DNA of 64,000 nt from the NCBI GenBank assembly GCA_951406725.2, contig OX597814.1, forward strand, positions 60,698,001 to 60,762,000, written 5' to 3'. The translations under genes were made by a program, and so were the position numbers. The DNA is from Octopus vulgaris. Taxonomy: Eukaryota. The notes under the pieces were generated by a model that searched no databases, was not told the DNA's origin, and saw nothing but the letters and a program-made list of their open reading frames with translations. Each line of letters opens with the position of its first letter. The stretch's first letter is position 1. Shown piece after piece: positions 54,076-64,000 of this stretch.

Positions 54076-55199
54076 TCTGTCCCTATAATGTATGCATACG
54101 TATGTTATATGACTTGCAAGTGCGTATATGGTAAACAGAGTGAAGTAAGACAGCATTCAAAATAATCATTGTTATTGATAAAACTATATTGATCATGTGT
54201 GAGATCTTGTGACTTTTAGAGTTTCTGGAAGATTTCCAGTGGAAGTGTGTAAAGTAAAGAATGTTGCAGGGATGCAGAGTTCTTATGGTGTCCAGTTTTC
54301 ATGATTGGTTGTGTAGGAAATTAACTATGCTCTCTATCTCTGTCACTGCCCAATAATCTATTTCTCTCCATGTCAATCTATCTGTCTATTTATCTATCTT
54401 TATATGCATCTATTTTATCTATTTATTTGTCTAGCTCTCTTAGTTTAACTGCCGGTCTCTCCGCCTCTCTCACTACCTTCTTTACTATCTCTTTCATTTT
54501 GTCAACCGCCCTTCCTCCTCATCTGCTTCACATTTCTTCTATTTTTAAGCTCTCTCCCTTTCTCTCTCTCTACTGCTTTACTACACCATACCTTCTTTCC
54601 CTTCCTCTGTATCACTTCTTTAGTCTTCTCTCCCCCTCTCTCTCTCACTCTCCCACTCCCTTTCTCTCTCCCTTCCTGTCTCTTTCTCTCTCTCCCCTCT
54701 CTCTCCTTTTCTGTCTCTTTCTCTCTCTCACCCTCTCTCCCTTTCTGCCTCTTTCTCTCTCTACCCTCTCTCTCTCCTTTTCTGTCTCTTTCTCCCCCTC
54801 TCTCCCTTTTTGCTTCTTTCTCTCTCTCTCTCCCTCTTTACTTCACAATACCTTCTATCCCCTCCTCTCACTTCTTTTACTTGTCTCCCCTTCCCTCCCC
54901 CTGTCTCTATGTAGGCATATATGTAGTAACAGATATTTGCACAGATACCAAGTTTGGGGGTGGAGTATTCATCATCTGCATCATCTAAACATCCACTTCC
55001 CCACGCCAGCATGGGTCAGACAGAATTTTTCACGAGCACATTTTCTATGGCTGGATGCTCTTTCTGCCACCAACCCTCACATGTTTTCAAGCAAGGCAAT
55101 ATTTAAGCATAGCCATAGACATTTTTCATAGAAAACTAGAATGAAACGTCACTTGTATGATGATGCTCATTTACAATCATCACAACATCAAGACAAGGG

Positions 55200-55241
<42 letters not shown>

Positions 55242-55246
55242 AATGG

Positions 55247-55277
<31 letters not shown>

Positions 55278-55289
55278 AGTCTGTGTGTG

Positions 55290-55790
55290 TGTGTAGTTAA
55301 TCCAAACATGAACAAAGAGAAAACACAACAACACGAGGACATGGAACAAGTATAGTGTTATTGGACGCTCAGGAAAGGAAAGAAAGAAGGAGGATTTAAT
55401 GTTTCAAGCGGAGCTCTTCATCAGAAACATAGAAAAAGGAAAGGTCCAAGGAAGGGAAGCCAGAGAAGGAAAATCGCCTATGATACACACGCGGTCACAT
55501 ATTGAAATGACCAGACGGGAATGGGTGAAGAAAAAGTTCTTTCAAAGACTGGAGAGTGCAAGAGAAGGAGGTATGTGAGTGTATGTGTGGGTGTGTGCAT
55601 GCAGGTCTGTGTGTGTGTGTGTGTGTAATGATAACACGTGTGGGTGTGCATGCAGGTCTGTGTGTGTGTGTGTGTGTGGTTGTGGCTGTTTATCTACGTG
55701 TATCCATTAAGGTCATAGGAAGAATTTATAGTAATTTTGGTAGGGGTGGCTCCTTTTGTGTGTCTACCTACACATGTGCATAGAAGAATG
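55290..55790 (-). mobile_element. pLTR fragment of a different (non-Naiad) PLE with a minimal hammerhead at ~55396-55428
   Basis: Minus strand: ORF-end-like ...PYDLNG (cf. PxGLN), then ttt-CTGATGA-agagc-tcc-gctt-GAAACATT-aaa. Confidence 0.55.
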
Positions 55791-55974
55791 GTCAGTAGAA
55801 GGTACTGGTAGTTTGAAGTATGTGTGTGTGCATGTATGTATATGTAGCGTGTATACACACACATTATATAGTGGATGCTGAAAAGATCCTGACTTTGGGT
55901 AAAAGAAAATACAAATATAAATTGCAAAGGTTTATATCTTTTATTGACATTTTTATGTTCTATATGTGACTGTT

Positions 55975-56937
55975 TAATCGTGCCATGTACAAAAGAAGCC
56001 TTGGAACTGTCTGAATTTCAAAGAGACCATATTGTAGGTCGATCTGAAGGTGGGCATAGCATAAAACCACAGAAGACCTTAGGATCCCACTTTCTACAGT
56101 TAATAGAGTGATTGTGCAATTCACCAGAGAGGGAAAGGAGTCCACATCACCTTGCCCAGATCAACTAGGGCTCTCTAACAGGACCCTTCTCTTTATTAAG
56201 TGTGGAGGATAATCCTTGTTGCAAGGCCTCTGACATAGCAGAACAAGTTGGTGTCAGTCTCAGAACAGCTGTGAGGTATCTCCACAAACTTGGTTACTAT
56301 GACAGAGCAGCAAGAAGGAAGCCATTTCTTCAACCAGCCAACATCAAACAGAGAAAAGATTGGGCCAGTGAGATGGTGGAGAGGCCACTAGCATTTTGGG
56401 ACACTGTCATATTCTCTGGTTAGTCCAGATTTGCTGTATTTCCTGACAATGGTCAAGTGTAGGTCTGGAGACTCTGTGATCAAGAATTTCATGTGAAAAT
56501 ATTGCAGCCAACAATGAAACACAATAGCTGTTCTGTGATGGTGTGGGGAGCAATGTTTGATCAGAGCTGGTGGAGTGTGAGGGAAACAAACTCAGATAAA
56601 ATATGTGTCCAGTAATAAAATGATTAAAGAAGACTATTTATGGAAGATGGCTTGTCACATGGCTAAAATGACCCAAGGTTTGTTGGATGAGAATGACATT
56701 AAAAAACGTCCATGGCCAAGCCAGTCACCAGATATGAACCCTATTGAACACCTTTGGGACATAATGGACAGGATACTTCATAAAAAGAACAAGAAAGCAT
56801 CTCCAAAATCAGATCTTTTGAGATTACTGCATGAAACTTAGCAAGAAATTCCACAAGAGAATATTCATCTGATCAGTAACATGCCTAATAGGGTCCTTGC
56901 ACTGAAAAATGCAAAGGGTATGCCCACTAAATATTAA
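55975..56937 (+). pseudogene. Decayed Tc1-family (DD34E) transposase
   Basis: VSLRTAVRYLHKLGYY.RAARRKPFL...WDTVIFSG*SRF, WPSQSPDMNPIEHLW, C-terminal MPNRV..LKNAKGMPTKY*. Confidence 0.9.
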
Positions 56938-57029
56938 ATATTCACATTATAACAATTAATAATTTGAATTTATAATTTCAGATTTAAATAAATTCTAATG
57001 ATTATAAGAGTGTCTATATTTGCTCATAT

Positions 57030-57566
57030 ATCTCCTTTAGTATGCTTTGAAGGTAACTCCTTTGTCAGGTTCGTATTTGAACTCTAATGGAGTTCGCAAG
57101 AACACTTTTGTTTTTGGCAAGAACAATTTTTCTGAATTTCCTGATGACTTAATTAATTGCAGCATTTGTTGCTGTAATAGTAATTGTTGTTGTTGCTGTT
57201 TTTGCAACTCAAGCAAATCAGCCAACAAATTTTCCATAATTTTTACAATTTTTTTAATAAAATTCACACAACAAAACTTTGTGGATTCATTAACTTCATG
57301 TAAGTTGTTAATTCCTCGTAGAGTTTATTAATTCCTAGTGAGTTGTTTAAATCCTCATTACCACTGTTGTAATCATTAAAATGTTGGATTGTTATAACAA
57401 CCACGTCGGTATACAGTATACTTAATAAAACCAGTAAAGACATGACTACCTCTGACCACCTACTACATACTCTGGTACTTCATGTACTTCACGTTACTTA
57501 TAGTGACTAGGTTATTCTGTTCATCATGTGGAAGGGATGTAGCATTATTACTAATTCCTTACAACA
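57030..57566 (-). mobile_element. 5' end of a Ty3/gypsy element: LTR 57365-57566, PBS-like site, gag N-terminus
   Basis: TGTTGTAA...TTACAACA termini; adjacent minus-strand tggtaatgaggat resembles a tggcgacgaggat PBS; Gln-rich gag-like start with FKYEPDKGVTFKAY*RRYE. Confidence 0.6.
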
Positions 57567-59639
57567 GTGGGTTATACTACTGTACTGACAATATCATGTA
57601 CAGACTATGTACTTTGGCACATAGATGGAATGTAAAGTTGCAAAACCTTATATGGCTTTTGTTTACCTATAATAATTGGTGTTCTGGGTATAAAAAAGAA
57701 AGATGTAAATTTTTTACACTCATATTCCTCATTTGCTTACCTCAAGGTACCACTGCCACTCCTACCACCACTGCCACAACCATCATCATCATCTAACATC
57801 CATTCTCCATACTGGCATGGGTTGGTCAGTTTAACAAGGGGCTGGCATGGCATGGTTTCTTATTTCTTTACTGCCCACAGAGGGGACAAACAAGGATAGA
57901 CAAATGGATTAAGTCGATTATATTGACCCCAGTGTGTAACTGGTACTTATTTAATCGACCCTAAAAGGATGAAAGGCAAAGTCGACCTCGGCGGAATTTG
58001 AACTCAGAATGTAGTGGCAGACGAAATACCAACTTGCTGCCAACCATGGCATGATTTCTACAGCTGGTTGACCTTCCTAATGTCAACTACTTAACAGAGT
58101 GTACAGGATGCTTTTTTTGACATGCCACCAGCATGAATAAGATCGCCAAGTAACTCACAAAAAAAAGAGAAGACCCCCTTAACCCTTTATCATTCAAACC
58201 AGCCATATCAGGTTGAAATATTTAACGTGTTTTATGTTGAAACTGGCCAGATCTGGCCTCTAACCACAACCCAACAATGTCTCATCAAAAGTCTCTCAAC
58301 TACAAGATAACACATGATTACTTCAAAACAATATAAACAAACAAACATTACATTTGACAGAATAATCTGACTACTAAAGGGTTAAATGAGGTGGAGAATA
58401 GTACTAAATGGAGGTAGCTCTATGTCAAGTGATGAGAGGTTAAAGTATAGAGATGGAAGTGTAACAGAGGGACAAAAACAGGTGTACTTTTACATTTAGA
58501 TTAAAAAATTTTTGTGTGTGTGTGTAACATTTTGGTTGATAGAAATCAAGATGTCAATCAGAGTACATAGATTTTTCAATCCATATATTTGGTTATGATA
58601 TTTGGGTCATTCGTTTTTCAATTCCCCTTATTTGTGTTAGTCTGAACAATGACCCCTCAGATTATCAAAGACAAGGTCATTACCACATACCTCACTTGGT
58701 GAGTGTTTGTACCACATATTCTCAGATTTTGTGTCAAAATGTTGGCATATTGCCTAATGGACATAGGTTCATACTTGGTCATGTATGCATGCAAATAAAT
58801 AATTACATACAAACACACACACACAAACTAACGCATATATATTCTAGTCAACTGTTGATTTGTGCTGATTGTATAACCGGCAATTGATATTAGTTTCTAG
58901 CTTCGTTATTATATTTTTTGTAATATTTCATGGATAGGCATTGATCTTATGCAGTTAAAAGCCAACCTTCCATTTCTGCCTTTAGTACAGAGCTTTTGAG
59001 CCATTGTTAGCTTTCATACTGACTCACTTCCTTTCTGTTGAGGTTTGCAGGATATTGACCATGAAAAGGATTTTCTTTCTATTGCTTTTTATTTCATTTT
59101 TTGCTTTGTTTTAAATTTTTGTTGTTTTATTTTTATCCAAACCTTTTCCCTCTTTGGTGTAATTAGTTTCCAGTTTGTACTATATTGTTACATTATATAG
59201 ATTTTTTTTGTTTTTTGGGGTTTTTTTTTTAATATTTTCTTAGCGTTTCCTTATTGCAATAATCAGTTTCCATTTGCCTGCTTCCAAGTAATTTTTTTTT
59301 TTTTTAGTGCCACTGTTGTTACTTCATGATAGATCTATATTTGTTACAAGTTCCTTCCTCCTTGCTGCTACTACTGCTGTTGTGATGCTGGTGGTTGATC
59401 AACCCAAGCCCACACACACCAGATTAGTCCTTACTGAGCCTAAGATCAAGAGCATACCAGTTGTGACCATCCCATCTTTTATTTAGCATGCTGCATCTGA
59501 GACCATGGTATCCAATGTGTTCTTCCTTCATTATGACCTTAGGGATATTTGGCTGCTAATACAAGTTCTTTGTAAGAGAACAAGTAAATTCTATCACTAT
59601 AGAATTATTTATTATTTACTTGCCAAATCTTTTCTGCAC

Positions 59640-61135
59640 CAAACAGGATGCTTTGTGACATTTCGTTCAGCTGCCAATGTTGACTTTACCTTTCATCCTT
59701 TTAGGGTCAATAAAGTAAGTACAAGGTGAACACTGTGATAGATGTAATTGATTTGCTCTGCCCCTCTCCTCAAAACTGCTGGCCTTGTGCCACAGTTGAA
59801 GAATTATTATTATTATTAGCAAGGCGGTGAGCTAGCAGAATCATTAACACACTGGACAAAATGCTTAGTGGTACTTTGCCCATCACTATATTCTGAGTTC
59901 AAATTCAGCTGAGGTTGACTTTGCCTTTCATCATTTCGGAGTCGGTAAAATAAGTACCAGCTGAGCAAAATTTCAGGCCTTGTGCCTATAGTAGAAAGGA
60001 TCATTATTATTATTATTATTATTATTTTATTATTATTATTAGCAAGGTGGCAAGCTGGCAGAATCATTAGCACACTGGATGAAATGTTTAGTGGTATTTT
60101 GCCCATCACTATGTTCTGAGTTCAAATTCCATCAAGGTTGGCTTTACCTTTCATCCTTTCAGGGTCAATAAATTAAGTACCAGTGAAACATTAGGGTCAG
60201 TGTAATCGACTAGTCCCCTCCCCACAATTCTCAGGCCTTGTACCTTTAATAGAAAGGATTATTACCTCCACCTTAGCGAAGGCAGAGGTATTGTTTTCAG
60301 TTGTGTTTGTTTGTGTCTCCGTGGACAATATATCTCAAGAACCACTGAATGAATTCAGATGAAACTTTCAGAGATGTTTGGCCTCAAGACTGTCACGAAC
60401 TGATTAAATTTTGGGATCGATCTGGTACCAGACAAGGATTCTGGATTATTTTTCTGTTTTTTTCACTTGATTTTTGAGAGTGTTTGGGTTCATTTTTAGT
60501 GTTCTTGTTTGTGAGAGCAGTCAAGTTTATTTCAAATATTCTCATTTTAAAAATCATCTCCAGCTAATTGTTGAGAGGACATTCGTGTTGCCTTGGCAGA
60601 GGTTTGTGCTCTCTGAGTGCTCTTGTTATTATCATAATTAGCAAGGCGGTGAGCTGACAGAATCATCAACACACCAGGCAAAATGCTTTATGACATTTCA
60701 TCCAGCTTTACGTTCTGAGTTCAAATGCCACAAGGGTTGACTTTGCCTTTCATCCTTTCAGGGTCAATAAGTACCAGTGAAACACTAGAGTTGATGTAAT
60801 TGACTAGTCCCCTCCCATCAAAATTTCAGGCTTTATGTCTTTAGTAGAAAGGAATATTATTATTAGCAACAAAAAAATTGTGATGTAATTTGTAATAAAT
60901 GACAGTTACATCAATCTTCTTAAATTATTATTATTATTATTATTATTATTAAGGCAGCAAGCTAGCAGAATTGTTAACATGCTGGTCAATAATATGCTTA
61001 GTGGTATTTCATCCGTCTTTACATTCTCAGTTCAAATGACACCAAGGTCGAATCTGTTTTTCATCCTCTCAGGGTCAATAAAATATGTACTAGTTGGGCA
61101 CTGGGGCTGATATAATTGACTTACTCTCACCCCTA
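59640..61135 (+). mobile_element. Tandem cluster of ~5 MetaSINE-like SINEs in (ATT)n; single copies ~41165-41370(+), 42245-42452(-), 57860-58030(-)
   Basis: Repeated ggcggtgagct.gcagaatc...gagttcaaattc...gcctttcatcctttc.gggtc.ataa units. Confidence 0.8.
60262..60627 (+). mobile_element. Helentron-associated (HINE/DINE-like) element
   Basis: 5' ttacctccacc with internal inverted ggcagaggta, microsatellite-like gtttg, 3' ttggcagaggt plus hairpin gtgctc..gagtgc; TT flanks. Confidence 0.7.
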
Positions 61136-61184
61136 ATGATTCTTCCCAATTTTATTACAAGTTCAGGAATTTATTATCATTATT

Positions 61185-61650
61185 ATTTCTTTTTATCACA
61201 GGTTTTGTTGGAACTCTTAGCAGGCTTGCTACCTGCAGCCTACAGTACCATGCTATCTGTTCTTTTCAGGTATCTCATACTTTACTGATTATTCTGGCCA
61301 TGCCAAGGAGGCAAACCTTTTGTAACAGTTCTATTCGACACACTATTCCAATTTCCTCTTGATGTCTTCTGCTATTGTCCCCAAGGACCCAACAATAATT
61401 GGCACTATCTTCATGTTCTTCATTTTCCAAAGCCAGGCTATTTCATACTTAAGAGGGTTTTATTTATTTTTTCCCCTTCCTTCTTGACTATTTATAGGTC
61501 AAAGAGACATGCGACATCAACTATATAGCATCTTGTCGACCACCAGGTCCAGTTTATTATGCTCTAGCACTTGATCTGTTTGGATTGGGAAATCCCAGAG
61601 GATTTTGCTAGTCTCCGACTCAGCCACTCTCTGTGGTTTGTGATCTAAAT
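61185..61650 (-). pseudogene. 3' end of an R4/Dong-like non-LTR element (restriction-like endonuclease)
   Basis: KILWDFPIQTDQVLEHNKLDLV...IVDVAC...IIVGSLGTI...QKVCLLGMARII; ends in a (TAA)-like tract. Confidence 0.75.
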
Positions 61651-62005
61651 CAAGGAAGTGATGAAATCATTGTAGAGCTTGCATTTTAGTAAACTCTGTG
61701 CTGATAATACCATAACTAAATTTTTCTTGATCAATGTCAATAAGAGCCAAGAGAAAGTTCCATAAGGCCATACATCTGGATAGGATAGATTAGGCAAGTA
61801 TTCAGTGCAGAGCCTGATGAGTAAGACATAGTAAGGATGACAAGAGTAGAGATGAATGTAATGAGTGGATTTGGGTAGAACTAGCTGAATTTATCAGCTC
61901 AGAGGAATAAAGCATTTCAGTGATGGTAGCCAACGGCTGAAATGTTTTGATAACTGATGGTGTTCCAGTCAGCCAGGCAGCAAATTTTTTTGAATTGAAA
62001 TCTAA

Positions 62006-62060
<55 letters not shown>

Positions 62061-64000
62061 ATACATGCATGCATGTATGTGGGTATGTAACAGACATTCC
62101 AAGATATATACTCTAATATTGATTTGTAACATAGATACAGGACAGGTGAAATACAGTCAGTCATATAGACCCCAGTACTTGAACTCAGAATAAAAGAAGA
62201 CATCTAAATTCTACATGATGTTTACTCAGTTTATCTATCTACTGCTTGTGTCAATCCAATGTTTTACTCTTGGTCAAATTTGTACCATCTTTTAAAAAAA
62301 CATCAGCTGAAAACAACTAAAAACTTTCTCACCCTGAAAAAGACACTGGATTTGATAGTGTCCTTGCCAAGTCAAGTGATCAAGGATTGTAAAATTTGCA
62401 AAATAAAATAAAAGGAATGAATATTAGTTATAATTTTTTTTTTCTTTTTCTTTTTTCAACATTGACAAATTTTCATTCTGATGCTGATGATAAACACTGT
62501 CCACACACAAAGAAAGAAAGACATTTGCACTGAATTTAGCATAAAGCTAATACATATTAGAATATGCATAAACAGAAATTTTAATCAATTCCCTGTAGAG
62601 AAAAAAATCTATCAGAAAGCAGTTTGAAAATGATTCCTTGGTTCAATATAACCAATCAATCACTCAGTAAAATTATTATTCCAGCAATCTCTACTGATCT
62701 TTGCCAATAGTTATTTGATTTGAATCTCACATTTTTCAGGAAGGTGAATACAAAAATGATCAATCAGTAAGATAAGCTATTAAGATTTTTAATCTTATCA
62801 GGAATAACAAGGGTTGTTATAGTCAGTGTTTCATTCATGTTTCTGCAGCATCAGCATTTTTGAATAATGACCCATCTGAAACTTTCTTTGGTTATATTGT
62901 ATAAAACTGCTTGCTTCAAAAAATTCATTTCCAATTAAAATTTTCCATTTTAATTTTATGGGAGAATCGTAAGTTAATTTATGCTCCATACATCAGCTTT
63001 ATAATGAAAAGGTTATGTATTTTTCTAAATCCTGCTAAATTCTTCATTAGTTTCAGAGCAACTGAAATATATATTTGATGTATTTCATTCAAAATATTGC
63101 CATGAAAGGGTTAAGTAGAAGAGACAAAAGTTTCACTATAGACTAGAAACTATTTTATTTAAGGCCAGTAACTTTAAACAGAAGTCCAGGCTACCCATTT
63201 CTCCAACAGCTAGGGAGACTACTGTACATATACCCTTAACATTAATATTGCCTATAAAGAACTTCTCCACAATATTCATGTTAATAACAATGGAAATATC
63301 ATCATAATATAGTGGCATATGTATTGTTAATGATTGTACGAGCAATATAAACATGACCTGCATATGACACTACTCCCTCCTTAACATGAAAACTGCTAAG
63401 CTATAAGCTAATACAAAAAAAGACAGTTTTTTATCAGAAGACATACTGAGCTTCTCATGCTACCTGAAGAAGGGAGTTTTTTTTTTATCCTGAAATATTG
63501 GAATATTAAAGCAGAATAGTAGACATTTCTACATCTGTTATTTATTGGTAACACCATATTTTATTCTGTTTTATTCCTCACTTGCATTGCAATAAGGTTT
63601 TATTAAAACTTACCATTTTGCTCACACATTGCAATGCTACAAAAGAATAACACATGAATATGAATAATAACTCCATCAGGACTGACAAGGATTGTAATTT
63701 AAAATATGATAAAAAAAAAATACAAGTAATTGTAGAACACCCAATAGTTGCCCTTTGAATGGCTGCTTCTTGAGATATACTGCCATTTACAGACTCACTG
63801 CACATAATGGACACCAAAATTTAACCAAAATATATATTAAATCTTCCACTGAATTTAAGAGATATTATTTACCTCACCTTAGTTCATTTCGTTCTGCAAA
63901 ATGTAAATCATCTACCACATTAACAAACTATATACACACTGTCTCAAGGACAATAACATCTCTTGTAATGTTACTTGATTTATTATTAAAACTTGGAGGC

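Noticed and set aside
61810-61860. CTGATGAG hammerhead core
   Set aside because: No stem II or GAAA follows.

Overview
AT-rich, microsatellite-dense animal DNA made almost entirely of transposable elements. The SINE/LINE repertoire resembles octopod cephalopod genomes (inference). I could not support any host protein-coding exon. The dominant feature is a young Penelope-like retroelement (PLE) of the Naiad type: an intact 895-aa RT + C-terminal GIY-YIG ORF (643-3330, minus) between two near-identical inverted pseudo-LTRs (pLTRs) carrying a type I hammerhead ribozyme (HHR) with a long stem II. A diverged pLTR-only relative (14.0-15.0 kb) and several other PLE fragments are present. At 35.0-35.5 kb there is a ~460 bp TSD-flanked element that combines a tRNA-Ser(GCU)-like head with tandem minimal hammerheads in PLE-style pLTR architecture, i.e. 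a candidate PLE-mobilised ribozyme SINE. The rest comprises tRNA-derived SINEs, RTE and R4/Dong LINE fragments, Tc1/mariner, hAT and piggyBac-like MITEs, a Helentron-type element, a gypsy LTR fragment, a 1.3 kb foldback and simple repeats. All calls come from reading the sequence by eye; no searches were run.
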